Shown in pieces: positions 19,801-28,873 of a stretch of 64,000 bases of DNA; within the stretch, counting starts at the first letter, position 1, and every line of letters starts with the position of its first letter. The notes beneath the pieces are model-generated. The model searched no databases and was not told the DNA's origin. It was given only the letters and a program-made list of their open reading frames with translations. The stretch is from a virus (Duplodnaviria > Heunggongvirae > Uroviricota > Caudoviricetes): the IMG/VR virus record IMGVR_UViG_2706795377_000001, positions 52,360 through 116,359 of that record. The stretch is one strand, 5' to 3'. The translations under genes were made by a program, and so were the position numbers.

Positions 19801-20250
19801 CTCTTTCAAGATTTTGTGGTCAATCCTTGGTTTGAAGTAAAAGCCTTCAATGTATCCCAAAGAAGCTAATTTGTTAATGTTCTGGCGACCTTTTTCATTC
19901 TTCGCTAAGACAGTGAGGTGAAAATACTTTCTGTCTTTATCTTTCACAAATCTGTCTTCTGTGATATAGAACTCTGCACCATAGATGTGCTTTATATTTT
20001 CTTTTTTCGCAAGTTTATGAACTTTGACAGCAGAGAACACGTTTCCATGCTCTGTTACTGCTACTGCTGTTTGATTTAGAGACGCTACCTTTTTAATTAC
20101 ATCTTCTGGTTTTGACATTCCATCAAGAAGCGAATAAGCTGTGTGCAAATGCAAGTTTACAAACTTATCGTAGGATTTTGCTCCTACATGAAACTTAGAT
20201 GGATTACCACATGAATGACACAATGTTACTCCTCCTCGTTTTGTTTCCAC
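16843..20250 (-). CDS. DNA polymerase III alpha-like replicative polymerase (PHP domain, DnaE/PolC family)
   Basis: 1135 aa. N-terminal PHP motif NLHLHTAYSLLDGMSKPEDVIKKV...VAVTEHGNVF...YGAEFY, with polymerase palm/fingers-like regions further on. Confidence 0.8.
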   Translation of the reverse strand: METKRGGVTLCHSCGNPSKFHVGAKSYDKFVNLHLHTAYSLLDGMSKPEDVIKKVASLNQTAVAVTEHGNVFSAVKVHKLAKKENIKHIYGAEFYITEDRFVKDKDRKYFHLTVLAKNEKGRQNINKLASLGYIEGFYFKPRIDHKILKEYSEGLIVLSGCMASEVQQALAGGKIGDGDIEITENNKANAKRVIKWYRETFGADYYLEVQAHRDYRQQKLNRAIIDLAIELGIEYVATTDSHFVDNEDHELHSIFIQIGTNREAGETYEDTFIMSAKDVYDRLTSFSVEEREIAIRNSLVIADKCDVRLPLSEPIIPHVPIPDEYDSEMAYLKVLINQGWKRRKINQKPNKEYYNKRLMYEFNAITKMGFEGYFLLVDSYVNSVRRRGIARGSSGGSLIAWLLGITDVDPLKFGLYFERFIDVGALELLESGQITRKELKVPDVDSDFGASDREKVVEFIIERYGADKFASIGQFGFIWDKSAIKDVGRVLNIPYQETNQFTQQLGNMTIEYIREAGLFSEWFEKYPKLFEYAEKLAGLPRSFGVHPCGKIVSIKNKDFYTAVASNDGSIVYQADMDDLEDLGLVKVDLLGLKSIDVIYDTLEMIGKDYEYINPDTLNFDDEKVLALFRTGQTDGVFQFESVGMKETLRQVVPDGIEDLAVCNALFRPASMKHIEHYAKRKKGEEEFEYLHPDLEPILSKTYGILVFQEQLIEIAWLANMKNPDKIRKATAKKKMDLMTECKEELFEGLSKRGWNEWQLNTLWEIMIDFASYSFNKSHAVAYAIIAWQMAKQKVYHPIEFMTALLNSKIGKIEEVSHYISECKRMGIKVDVPNINTSAGEFTIKDAGILFGLLAIKGVGEPTVDLIEDIRKFHKKPFESFVQFYNYMVEMSNHIIVDINSEGNKIATLEMLPTDAIINLIKSGAFGSNKDEIIVEFGQMTYTPLKWKPRATVPSKSDFTKAGFIITDEDYKDKELRKQLFNDFKYKEYLKKDEERKLKHLNGFTDKYIGQIEYYEFEAMGTYLTMSPFDSYMKYLKDFYTYENGTDKVLVVGTIIGKDVKKSSRGGQHAKLQVLTPYGVVQVRAYSTQYSEYKNLLNKGETIVVLAKRNKDEAIISKLKTFDEWKQIIDRKRVKK

Positions 20251-20534
20251 TCTTTATACATCTTGATTACTTCATTTCTCGAACTGTTGTGACTACGAAG
20301 TATAAATTCCAATAGTTCGGTATCAGTAAAGTCCTCTTCTCGACAATATTTGCAACTTGTCTCCTGCGCCCATTTCGTACCTTTTGGTGTAAATCCATTA
20401 TCTTCTTTACGGAAACCTTCTGCTTTTGCACATTCATCTGAGTCCCACACATTTCCACATTCACATCCCACATGATAACCGCAATCGGGGAATGTCTCTC
20501 CACATTTGTGACACGCGTAAAAATCAACTCCCAT
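20226..20534 (-). CDS. Cys-rich zinc-ribbon hypothetical protein
   Basis: 102 aa with several CxxC/CxC pairs (CHKCGETFPDCGYHVGCECG). Confidence 0.35.
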   Translation of the reverse strand: MGVDFYACHKCGETFPDCGYHVGCECGNVWDSDECAKAEGFRKEDNGFTPKGTKWAQETSCKYCREEDFTDTELLEFILRSHNSSRNEVIKMYKEWKQNEEE

Positions 20535-20546
20535 TCAAATCTCTCC

Positions 20547-21014
20547 CTACAGTAAATTTTTGATTGTAGACTTATCAGTCCTTCTATCTTTCCTTACTCG
20601 AATATTAATCTTTCTGCAATCTATTTTTCTCTGGTTGCCATGATATAATGGCGATTCAATGCCACTTCTTAGGTAAGTAATAAAGTCGATGAGATTTACA
20701 GATAGTTTTTTGCCATTTTTATTTACTGTCGTACAGACATGACCATCGCCATGCTGTCTCCATCGAACCTCTTGGAGTAATGGAATATCCTCTGCATCGA
20801 CTATCACCTTGTAAGGTTTTTCTTCGAATTTCTTATTGTAAACTGACATTTCTGCCTCATCGCCCTTAATGACAAATCTGTTCTTCTTGTATTGGGTTGC
20901 TTGTTCCTCATCCTCTTCTAACAACATATCTCTGTGTTTTGGACACATGTAAACTTCATTAGTTGTTACATAGAAGGCACGATTTTTTACATTACATATA
21001 ACGCAACCTTTCAT
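20547..21014 (-). CDS. Hypothetical protein, possible zinc-finger/HNH-like nuclease
   Basis: 155 aa. N-terminal CVIC...CPKH cluster. Weak HNH-like C-terminal region. The call is uncertain. Confidence 0.3.
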   Translation of the reverse strand: MKGCVICNVKNRAFYVTTNEVYMCPKHRDMLLEEDEEQATQYKKNRFVIKGDEAEMSVYNKKFEEKPYKVIVDAEDIPLLQEVRWRQHGDGHVCTTVNKNGKKLSVNLIDFITYLRSGIESPLYHGNQRKIDCRKINIRVRKDRRTDKSTIKNLL

Positions 21015-21027
21015 GTTTAATCATCCC

Positions 21028-21294
21028 TTATTTTGTTTTTCCTTGAATGGACATTTCTACTGCCTTTCTGATAGCGTTAGTGAACTCTTTCCCATCTTGG
21101 AAGAAACGCCATCTACCAATATGACAGTCACCCTTCCACACTTCGAGTCGATAGGCGTATAGATGAGAGTCATCAGTAGAGCGTTTTAATGCCTCTTTTA
21201 CAACAACATCTTTATCTTCATTTTCAAAAACCACTTCTTCATAGTCTCCAAAGGTATATCTGCTCAATTTGTATACAATACTTTCTGCGCTCAT
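21028..21294 (-). CDS. Hypothetical protein
   Basis: 88 aa ORF with RBS. Confidence 0.4.
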   Translation of the reverse strand: MSAESIVYKLSRYTFGDYEEVVFENEDKDVVVKEALKRSTDDSHLYAYRLEVWKGDCHIGRWRFFQDGKEFTNAIRKAVEMSIQGKTK

Positions 21295-21303
21295 AAGACT
21301 CTC

Positions 21304-21750
21304 CTACTTCAAAATTTCAGTGACAATCTCATTGACCAGTCTATTGTCAGCTTTACCTTTAACATGTAGCATCAGAGTCTTCATTACAGTGCCTTTGTTT
21401 ACAGGTTGCTCATCGCGCTGAATGGATGCAATTGCAAGGTGGACAGTGAGCAGGATTTCATCTCTTGTCATCTGTTCTGGCAAAAACTTCTCGACAAGTT
21501 TCTCAGATGCAAGCAATTCTTCTACTTTGTCGTGATTGTTGGCTTTCTTGAATGCGTCTATTTCTTCACCTATCTGTTTCTTGAACGTTTGAAGAACTTG
21601 TGCTATCTCTTCTTCTGTTAGGTCACGCAACAGGTCTTTTTCTTTCTTCTGAATGTGGTCAATCACCAATCGGATTGTTGCCAGAGTTTGTTTGTCTTTA
21701 CTGCGCATAGCTTCCTTCATTTCATTTTGCAAACGTAGTTTTGTTTTCAA
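21304..21750 (-). CDS. GatB/YqeY-domain protein
   Basis: Start revised to TTG at 21750 (RBS AAGGAGAG at 7-nt spacing). Product MKTKLRLQNEMKEAMRSKDKQTLATIRLVIDHIQKKE...LTEEEIAQVLQ...LASEKLVEKFLPEQMT matches the YqeY architecture. Confidence 0.5.
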   Translation of the reverse strand: MKTKLRLQNEMKEAMRSKDKQTLATIRLVIDHIQKKEKDLLRDLTEEEIAQVLQTFKKQIGEEIDAFKKANNHDKVEELLASEKLVEKFLPEQMTRDEILLTVHLAIASIQRDEQPVNKGTVMKTLMLHVKGKADNRLVNEIVTEILK

Positions 21751-21769
21751 ATTACATCTCTCCTTGTTT

Positions 21770-22339
21770 TTAATAGAACAATCCATATCCAAATTGAACG
21801 TTTAGATTCTCATTCCAGAATCCATTGAGGTAATTGCCCACTTCTTCAAATTTATATGTGAAATCATCAGGCATCGAAAGCGAAATAAACCATAGCAATG
21901 TTTTTGTGAAGTCTTTTGTTCCTTCAAAGTATCCTTCTTCAACTAACACTTCGCTTGGACAACCAAACTCTGCAAAGATTTCCCTTGCTACATCCGAGAT
22001 GGTACTTTCCCCATACTCTGTGCAGATGTGACGTTTGTTTTTGGAAATTCTGTTATTAGGTAATTCAGCATAATTGTCTCCATGATTGAATTGAAGACCT
22101 GTCAGTTTGCAACTTGCTTTATAGGCTTCCTGTAATGACAAAACAGGATAATTTGACTTGATGGTAAAGACTTTATATTGACCATGACCATCGTTTGACC
22201 AGTCACCAATTGGAATCTTGATGATGTGTTGCATGCTTATCTCCCCTATGCATATTTGACTTGTACTTCTTCGAGCGAATCGTTTTGAACAGTAATAATA
22301 AAGTTTTGTGGATACTTCCTGTCCAATTCTTTGAACCAA
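21770..22339 (-). CDS. Hypothetical protein
   Basis: 189 aa ORF. Confidence 0.4.
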   Translation of the reverse strand: MVQRIGQEVSTKLYYYCSKRFARRSTSQICIGEISMQHIIKIPIGDWSNDGHGQYKVFTIKSNYPVLSLQEAYKASCKLTGLQFNHGDNYAELPNNRISKNKRHICTEYGESTISDVAREIFAEFGCPSEVLVEEGYFEGTKDFTKTLLWFISLSMPDDFTYKFEEVGNYLNGFWNENLNVQFGYGLFY

Positions 22340-22605
22340 TTTAAGTTATAATCCAGAATGTTTACGTTTACCTCAAAAGCAATCCAATCGTATTTAATGA
22401 AATGTTCCTGATACGCTTCCTCAAAGATTTTGACAAGACTCTCCATGGAAGTGTTTTCTATAATAAGATGTGTCACGCCTTCCTTAAAGTTGCAGTTAGG
22501 AACATTTACGATGTCAAGAATTACAATTGAAGTGTTCTTTATTTGGTTGTTGATTAATTTTTCTAAAGCAACTGACTTCCCTGCTTTGCCTTCAATAATA
22601 ATCAT
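22246..22605 (-). CDS. Hypothetical protein
   Basis: 119 aa ORF. Its 5' end overlaps the next gene, so the true start may be internal. Confidence 0.35.
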   Translation of the reverse strand: MIIIEGKAGKSVALEKLINNQIKNTSIVILDIVNVPNCNFKEGVTHLIIENTSMESLVKIFEEAYQEHFIKYDWIAFEVNVNILDYNLNWFKELDRKYPQNFIITVQNDSLEEVQVKYA

Positions 22606-22777
22606 GTTGATTACTCCTTATCTTTGAATTTTTGTTTGAGTCGTTTATATTCAGCCCATATTTGTAGTACTGCACTTGAGTTGAGTGGCTACATCTATCA
22701 GATTTCTTTCAGCATCTTCGAGTACGCATCGAATAAGTTTTTCTATTCTTGTTTGTTTGCTCATTTTAACCCTCCAG

Positions 22778-23005
22778 CTATTTTCTAACTGTAAGAAACA
22801 GTCTATGTGTCTCACTAAAATCAACTCGCCTAACGTCAAATCCAAAGTCAATAAGTCGTTTTATAATATCGTTAAGCTTTTCTTCTCCAATCTTGTTTAA
22901 AATAGCTATATCACCATCTCCATAAATGCCACAACGCTTGTACGACATTAATGAGCCTAATTCTGCATTGATGTTGTATACAAAATCCCAATAATATCTT
23001 CCCAT
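22778..23005 (-). CDS. Hypothetical protein
   Basis: 75 aa ORF. Confidence 0.3.
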   Translation of the reverse strand: MGRYYWDFVYNINAELGSLMSYKRCGIYGDGDIAILNKIGEEKLNDIIKRLIDFGFDVRRVDFSETHRLFLTVRK

Positions 23006-23239
23006 GTCATTTTAGACCCCCTATTTTAGAGAAATGATGGACTCAACCATATCTCTGACCATTGTAGGGCTTTCGTTTGCATACATGCCATCTGGGGTCA
23101 TTGTGATGTCGATATACATAGTCCTCCTCCATTCTCAATTGAAGTCTAGTTTTATTTAGAAGTTTCATTTTTTAATACCTGTATTTTATTACGTTTTTAA
23201 TGGGTCACTTGCTAAATCCATATTTTGTTCAAAGTTTAT

Positions 23240-23425
23240 CTACATCGAGATTGATAATCTCAACTTATCTTCTTTTCCTGCCTCGGTGATAAACCATTCT
23301 TCAACACCATCGTCTTCGCCATTTAATATTGCATTGTCAATATTACTCACTACTTTATGAATATCAATTTCTTCATTAGATTTTAATTCAATTATCAAAA
23401 CTTTTCTATTCTTCATTAATAACAT
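23240..23425 (-). CDS. Hypothetical protein
   Basis: 61 aa acidic ORF. Confidence 0.3.
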   Translation of the reverse strand: MLLMKNRKVLIIELKSNEEIDIHKVVSNIDNAILNGEDDGVEEWFITEAGKEDKLRLSISM

Positions 23426-23485
23426 CTCCTTTTATATATTATAATTAGGCTCTGGAACTAATTCCCACACCTTACTACTTGCATT

Positions 23486-23752
23486 CTACTGTAATATCTT
23501 GATAGTCATTCTAGGATTTTCGCCAATGAAGTGGCGAACTGGAATTTCATAAGTATCACCAGATTTGTTAAGAACAAAGATTTCTGTACTATAGCATCCT
23601 TGAACCAGATAGAGTCCAGTTAGATTTTCGCCAATATAATCCAACTCCGTCCCCCAAGCTACATACCCACCTTCATTGTATTGCCCATCTTTAATTTCTA
23701 CTGCTGTGTTCAGAAATAATTCTTTATCAAAACCAAATATATTTTTAAACAT
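23486..23752 (-). CDS. Hypothetical protein
   Basis: 88 aa. Two copies of the conserved element lie upstream (23771-23790 and 23823-23847). Confidence 0.4.
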   Translation of the reverse strand: MFKNIFGFDKELFLNTAVEIKDGQYNEGGYVAWGTELDYIGENLTGLYLVQGCYSTEIFVLNKSGDTYEIPVRHFIGENPRMTIKILQ

Positions 23753-23770
23753 TTTATCACCTCATATATT

Positions 23771-23790
23771 TAGTACTTTATTTAGCTCTT
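23771..23790 (-). repeat. Conserved element copy 2 (TTTAGCTC variant)
   Basis: Plus-strand TAGTACTTTATTTAGCTCTT. Confidence 0.55.
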
Positions 23791-23822
23791 ATTTCTTAGA
23801 CCGTCTTACATAATTATATTAT

Positions 23823-23847
23823 AATACTTTATTTGGCTTTAGTCAAT
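23823..23847 (-). repeat. Conserved element copy 3
   Basis: Plus-strand AATACTTTATTTGGCTTTAGTCAAT. Confidence 0.6.
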
Positions 23848-23879
23848 AGAAAAGGAGAGAATTTCTTCTCCCCTTTCAC

Positions 23880-24194
23880 TTACAACTTTGATTCATTTAA
23901 CAGTTCATCTGCATTGTCTTTCATATATTGAGAAACCTTTTTGTATCCATCAGAGGTCATGTCCTCAGAGAATCCTCTGTATTTGCATCTGGCGGGAGTT
24001 ACAGCTTTGGTTTCTGTATCAAATATTAAAGTCCAACCAAACATATGCAGTGTTGTATTTATAAACCATAGCAATCCAGTTTTATGGAATTCTTCCCAGC
24101 TCTTATGTTTAATCATTGACATGCGATGATTCCTCCATATAATATTTTCTGTAAAGTACTTTATAAAGCTGTTCTCTACCAACAACATCGCCAT
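23880..24194 (-). CDS. Hypothetical protein
   Basis: 104 aa ORF. Confidence 0.4.
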   Translation of the reverse strand: MAMLLVENSFIKYFTENIIWRNHRMSMIKHKSWEEFHKTGLLWFINTTLHMFGWTLIFDTETKAVTPARCKYRGFSEDMTSDGYKKVSQYMKDNADELLNESKL

Positions 24195-24242
24195 CAGCTT
24201 GGAACCCCATCCAAAGCAGGCTTGAAGATAATAAAATTTTTG

Positions 24243-24470
24243 TTATTGCTCTTGTGACAATACCAACCCATAATTAATTGTGCTGACCTCTTTTGTGGCT
24301 ATAGTTGCTAATGCCAACAAAGCTGTAGATTTTGCTTGCATTAATTGATTATATGAGTCCCACGTTACATAATCTTTCCTGTTTGCTCTTCTTTCTAAAA
24401 CATCAATGCTATCATTTAGCTCTTCTATATGTTCAATGATTTCTTCTGTGACTTCTTCTTTCATATTCAT
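24243..24470 (-). CDS. Hypothetical protein
   Basis: 75 aa ORF. Confidence 0.35.
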   Translation of the reverse strand: MNMKEEVTEEIIEHIEELNDSIDVLERRANRKDYVTWDSYNQLMQAKSTALLALATIATKEVSTINYGLVLSQEQ

Positions 24471-24500
24471 TATATCGCCCCTTAAACATCATTCTCATTA

Positions 24501-24743
24501 TCAAAATATCCTCAACACATCACAACCATCAACCACATAAACTCTCCCCCTTCCGTCAACGGAAAGGTCTTTCTCAAAAACCAATAGGCAAGTATCGCCA
24601 AGTCTTTGTTTAGTCCAAACATAGAATGAATCTCCTTGTTTGTACTTTCTCATGCCTTGACCATCGGTGTACAGCTTAACTCTTCCCTTGCTGTCCACCT
24701 TGCTAAGAACATCGTCAATCGTGCAATATTTCATAGTTGCCAC
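24501..24743 (-). CDS. Hypothetical protein
   Basis: 80 aa ORF. Confidence 0.35.
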   Translation of the reverse strand: MATMKYCTIDDVLSKVDSKGRVKLYTDGQGMRKYKQGDSFYVWTKQRLGDTCLLVFEKDLSVDGRGRVYVVDGCDVLRIF

Positions 24744-24934
24744 TTCCCTCGACTAACCAACTCGTTGTACATTGCGTCAAGATGCTTTTTGGACAGATTG
24801 TTTTCCTCTACCCAACGGTTCCATTCAAGCCTTGCCCGAATCCTGTCCATTTGTTTCTTGCTACTCTCCAACCTAGTTAGTTCATCGAACTTTGCAAGTT
24901 GCTCTTCTGTAAAAAGCTTACCCTGTTCGTCCAT
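24731..24934 (-). CDS. Hypothetical protein
   Basis: 67 aa ORF. Confidence 0.35.
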   Translation of the reverse strand: MDEQGKLFTEEQLAKFDELTRLESSKKQMDRIRARLEWNRWVEENNLSKKHLDAMYNELVSRGKWQL

Positions 24935-25442
24935 AGTGAATCGCCCTCGCTTCGTTCAAGCCATTACGTGCAAGGTCATCAACCATTTCGTTATAGTAGA
25001 TGCCATCATGACCCTTGATTTTTTCGAATTTTACCCATAGCCCTTTGCCCTCAACAACTTCAAGCAGTTCTTCCCATAGGTCTTGATTTGCTACAGGTTG
25101 CTTCTTGGAGTTTTTCCATCCATTGCTTCGCCAATTATCATACCAGCGTTGCTTCATGCAATTGATAAGATAAGCAGAATCAGCGAAAACGACAATATTG
25201 ATATTAGTGTTTTTAATTCGCTTCAAACCTTCGATGCAAGCCTTCATTTCTTCACGCTGATTAGTTGTCTCAGTATGACTGCCAAAGCCAGTTAGCATAT
25301 ACTTGTCATCACAATACTTTATATCAAGGTCTGCACCTTCAAAGTTTCCGTAAAGGAGGACATAGCCATGTCCTCCCAGACCCTTTTCTACACCATTATT
25401 CACCGATGAGCCATCTGTCCAGAGATGTATTTCTTTAGGCAT
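24918..25442 (-). CDS. rnhA: Ribonuclease HI
   Basis: 174 aa. HLWTDGSS...E...D motifs of RNase H type 1. C-terminal IKGHDGIYYNEMVDDLARNG. Confidence 0.75.
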   Translation of the reverse strand: MPKEIHLWTDGSSVNNGVEKGLGGHGYVLLYGNFEGADLDIKYCDDKYMLTGFGSHTETTNQREEMKACIEGLKRIKNTNINIVVFADSAYLINCMKQRWYDNWRSNGWKNSKKQPVANQDLWEELLEVVEGKGLWVKFEKIKGHDGIYYNEMVDDLARNGLNEARAIHYGRTG

Positions 25443-25454
25443 ACAAACCCTCCT

Positions 25455-25655
25455 TTAAGCCATGAAATATCCTTGCTCTTGAATTTTTGTCCACTCGTCA
25501 ACTGTCCAAACTTTTTGGTATGTTTCAACTTGACCATAACAATTCGCGGTCAATACAACTTTTACGAACTGTTTGTCTGGAAATTTGTCAGTCCAATCTT
25601 CTGTATAAGGCTCCACGAAAGTTACATTTGCGATGTAGTGTTCCAATAGGTTCAT
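25455..25655 (-). CDS. Hypothetical protein
   Basis: 66 aa ORF. Confidence 0.35.
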   Translation of the reverse strand: MNLLEHYIANVTFVEPYTEDWTDKFPDKQFVKVVLTANCYGQVETYQKVWTVDEWTKIQEQGYFMA

Positions 25656-26662
25656 ACCACACCATCCTTCAAGAAGTCAGGCAAATCCACATAAGACTTA
25701 CCTTCAATCGGCTTGATTTTTCCTGTAGCAACAGCACGTTTCAAGATATCAACAAAATTCGGATTATATCTCTTAATCGCTTCTGGATAGTTCTCAATCG
25801 CAAATTCTCGAAACCAACCAGAGCAAAGAGTTGTACAAATGCGCTTTAATGCATTCTTATACATTTCAAAATGATTTGTATGATTTTCTCCATACTGAGG
25901 TACGATATAGCGTTCAAGTGCAATTACATAAGCTTCTTCTTGCACAGCCTGTACTTGCATTTCATATGGAAGTGCAAAGAACATATCTAATGAACACCAA
26001 GCCATTGTAGGGTCTGGTTGCATCTTCTTGTACACTGGCTCATCGTTGTGTGCCATCACTTCGTGAATATCATCATGTACAAAATAATGAGGGACATTTA
26101 ATTTGGAACTAAAGAAGTCTTCTGTGGTCACATTAAGCTTTGGAGTTCTTTGCTTGTAGCGATTTTTGGCTTCTTGTGAGCGAAGTGCAAAATATTCATG
26201 CATACGTTCGTCTGCCTTAAAGTTTTTGCCTAACATAGATTTAATGATATGATAATCCTCAATATTTTTTTCAAAGTGTACTGGATAAATCAAGTGTGAC
26301 CTCTTTGTAAACATAAGGTAAGGCAGATTCATTGTAGACATCCATTCACCCATACCGCCAACATTCAAGTAATCACATACAAATGATTTATTATCCAAAA
26401 GCCATTTTGCAGATGTTCCTTCAAATGCGATTTCAATTTCATAAATTTTTCTTTGGTCACTATCTTCTCGAAAAATTACTGCTCTATACTTGTTTTCTTT
26501 GGTAGGAACTAGAGAGATAATATTTTTTGCATACTGATTACTCCAATCTACAAACTCGTCCCAAGACATGATTACATCATAATCAGACTTATTGTATCGT
26601 TCAACATTCTTTTTTGTAGGTTTCAAATTTAACAACAACGCTTTTGAGCCTATCACTATCAT
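25652..26662 (-). CDS. Hypothetical protein (336 aa)
   Basis: Long ORF with no recognisable motif. Confidence 0.45.
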   Translation of the reverse strand: MIVIGSKALLLNLKPTKKNVERYNKSDYDVIMSWDEFVDWSNQYAKNIISLVPTKENKYRAVIFREDSDQRKIYEIEIAFEGTSAKWLLDNKSFVCDYLNVGGMGEWMSTMNLPYLMFTKRSHLIYPVHFEKNIEDYHIIKSMLGKNFKADERMHEYFALRSQEAKNRYKQRTPKLNVTTEDFFSSKLNVPHYFVHDDIHEVMAHNDEPVYKKMQPDPTMAWCSLDMFFALPYEMQVQAVQEEAYVIALERYIVPQYGENHTNHFEMYKNALKRICTTLCSGWFREFAIENYPEAIKRYNPNFVDILKRAVATGKIKPIEGKSYVDLPDFLKDGVV

Positions 26663-26706
26663 GCTAAACTCCTCCTTGACGTTCAGTAATTTATTATGTT
26701 CTGATA

Positions 26707-26994
26707 TTAGTCTTCCTCGTAATAGCTACTACTATATTCCTCTTCCTCGTAATAGCTACTACTATACTCTTCTTCTTCATAAGAGTCTTCTGCACAAAAC
26801 TCACTTACAATACTGTACAGATTGACTACTAGAGGGATGTTGGAATCACGGAAATATTCTTGCAATTTGGCAACTCGACCTTCAATTGCATTTTCCATTT
26901 CATCGTATGTCATGTGCGAGTTCTGTCCGCAATACTCCCGAATGCTTTCTAATTGCTTTTGTGCTTCAATTAGTTTATTCATATCCATTTTCAA
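26707..26994 (-). CDS. Acidic hypothetical protein with tandem (E/Y/S) repeat
   Basis: 95 aa. Its C-terminus is encoded by a 2x30-bp tandem DNA repeat (26711-26770) giving ...EEEEYSSSYYEEEEYSSSYYEED. Confidence 0.35.
   Translation of the reverse strand: MKMDMNKLIEAQKQLESIREYCGQNSHMTYDEMENAIEGRVAKLQEYFRDSNIPLVVNLYSIVSEFCAEDSYEEEEYSSSYYEEEEYSSSYYEED
26711..26770. repeat. 2 x 30-bp tandem direct repeat inside a coding region
   Basis: TCTTCCTCGTAATAGCTACTACTATATTCC followed by TCTTCCTCGTAATAGCTACTACTATACTCT. Confidence 0.6.
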
Positions 26995-27029
26995 ATTCCT
27001 CCAATTATTTTTTTCTTATTTTCTAATGA

Positions 27030-27398
27030 TTAAAAAGTAGCCCATTTACCGCGAACTATTTCATCGAACAAGATTGAATCTATCAAAGTACTATAGTCTG
27101 CAAAACTTCCACCATAGTAGCAACGAACTGTTTTCCCTTCTCCAATTAGACGTAGAGCTGTTGGAAAATCTATTTCTAGTTCTTTTAGCGTCCACTTCGC
27201 TTCAATTATCTCTTTGGTGAGTGGTAAAGGTTTTCCGATGTATTTTCCTGAAAGGCTGTCACGCCTTACAACGATTGAGCCATTTCTCTTTTTGGTTACT
27301 ATAGTTTTACGAAGTGATTCTTCTGTAATTGCTGATTGCCCTATCGCGATTTTCTCTATCATTTCAAATGTGCTTAACAATCCTTGTTCTTTTTCCAT
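27030..27398 (-). CDS. Hypothetical protein
   Basis: 122 aa ORF. Confidence 0.4.
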   Translation of the reverse strand: MEKEQGLLSTFEMIEKIAIGQSAITEESLRKTIVTKKRNGSIVVRRDSLSGKYIGKPLPLTKEIIEAKWTLKELEIDFPTALRLIGEGKTVRCYYGGSFADYSTLIDSILFDEIVRGKWATF

Positions 27399-27431
27399 TT
27401 TATAATCCTCCGATAATTTATTTGTCTTTTA

Positions 27432-27635
27432 TTAATTTATTCTTTCAAGAAGCTTTAATACTCTGCCCTTAACAAAAGCAATAGCTTTCTTTTCATCGTC
27501 TTTAAACGCTTCTCTGATACAACTCAATGCCTTCTCAAGCTGTTCTATTGAAATTCCTTCGGTATCTCGATTATGCACTAAAATAGTAATATAAGCTAAT
27601 AGGTCAACAAGTTCTTTCTTTGACAGTGGCTTCAT
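27432..27635 (-). CDS. Hypothetical protein
   Basis: 67 aa ORF. Confidence 0.35.
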   Translation of the reverse strand: MKPLSKKELVDLLAYITILVHNRDTEGISIEQLEKALSCIREAFKDDEKKAIAFVKGRVLKLLERIN

Positions 27636-27937
27636 ATAACAACATCTACCTTTCTGTAGAAGATATGCTCCACATAAGTTTGATTGTTGCCAAACATCAA
27701 TGTGCCAATAAATTTATAGTCCTCTATCTTATCAGCATCCTCGCCAGTACAAACTGCAATGAACTCATAAGGTTCAATACCTTTAACTAACGTGTTCACT
27801 ATTGCGTAAATAACTGGTTTGCCTCGTTGCAATTTAATTGAAAGAATTTTTGCTCCTACTGGAAGGTAGATAATCTCGTTGGATTCAAATGGATATTTAA
27901 ATATTTTTTTCATCTCGTAATTCCTCCATAAGTGCAT
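27632..27937 (-). CDS. Hypothetical protein
   Basis: 101 aa ORF. Confidence 0.35.
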   Translation of the reverse strand: MHLWRNYEMKKIFKYPFESNEIIYLPVGAKILSIKLQRGKPVIYAIVNTLVKGIEPYEFIAVCTGEDADKIEDYKFIGTLMFGNNQTYVEHIFYRKVDVVI

Positions 27938-28496
27938 TATATATTGTCAGGAAAGGAATCTTAGACTCTCCTGCATTGTAACCTACAGTCAAATCTACAA
28001 ACACTTTTATATGTTCTACATTTGGGATGTCCCCACGTTTCATCAACTGCTCCATCTCGTTGATGAGCATTGTGTTATCAATAAGTTTAACCAATTTGTA
28101 GTCTTCTTCTGTTGGTTTTGGTAAGCCAGCCACTTCCCAAATAACAGTCATAATGCGGTCTTCCACTTCTTTGTATTGAGGAATGTTTTGTTTTACTGGT
28201 TTAGCCAAATCATTAACAACACTCTCGCTTCCATCATGCAACAAGCAATAGAGTTGTTGAAGCGTAGAATATCCAAGTTTTCGTGCAATACGCGCACACA
28301 AGATAGAATGTTCTCCTACGCAATAGAATCTGTCACCATGACCAGTGAATCGGCAGATATTTGCAAGTGAATGCGCAATATCTTGGATAGTGATATCTTC
28401 TGGTCTTGGGTCAAGGACATAAAAGTATCGTCCAGAATTTACTTGAATATAATCGCCTACACGTTCTTGTTCATAAGTTGTCATACTATTGTTCAT
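27897..28496 (-). CDS. HD-domain phosphohydrolase (YfbR-like 5'-deoxynucleotidase?)
   Basis: 199 aa. HD motif elements IAHSLANICRF..GH...VGEHS...LLHDGSES. Confidence 0.55.
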   Translation of the reverse strand: MNNSMTTYEQERVGDYIQVNSGRYFYVLDPRPEDITIQDIAHSLANICRFTGHGDRFYCVGEHSILCARIARKLGYSTLQQLYCLLHDGSESVVNDLAKPVKQNIPQYKEVEDRIMTVIWEVAGLPKPTEEDYKLVKLIDNTMLINEMEQLMKRGDIPNVEHIKVFVDLTVGYNAGESKIPFLTIYNALMEELRDEKNI

Positions 28497-28773
28497 CCTT
28501 TATAAAGAAGATTTTTTTGATAATTTCTTCACCAGTAAGGTTGTTGTCGTCCAGCTTTTCGACAATAAAAATGAAAATGAATATAGCAATACCAATTACG
28601 CAAACAACCACGTTTATTGTTGGCACAATGAGAATCAGAAAAAAGAATACCCACCAATCCTCAACTAGACCTCTTATGTGCCCATAGGTGTATCTCTCGT
28701 CAAGCTGAAACAAGATGCACATTATAAAAAACGTTATTGCTATAGAAAGAATCCAAATTATCATGAATGTCAC
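28486..28773 (-). CDS. Small membrane protein
   Basis: 95 aa with three hydrophobic helices. Confidence 0.35.
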   Translation of the reverse strand: MTFMIIWILSIAITFFIMCILFQLDERYTYGHIRGLVEDWWVFFFLILIVPTINVVVCVIGIAIFIFIFIVEKLDDNNLTGEEIIKKIFFIKDEQ

Positions 28774-28873
28774 TTCTCCACCTGCTTATATTTTATATAG
28801 CTTTCAATATCATTTTTACTGCTTCTGCCCACTTATAACCCTGACCATTCATCCATGTTGTGCTAATTTCTTA

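Noticed and set aside
20547-21014. Confident HNH endonuclease call for this ORF
   Set aside because: Only a Cys cluster and a weak HNH-like pattern are present. It is kept as low-confidence hypothetical.
23030-23128. 32-aa ORF with GGAGGAGG RBS and a degenerate copy of the conserved element upstream
   Set aside because: It is plausible but very short and unsupported by any motif. It was noted only.
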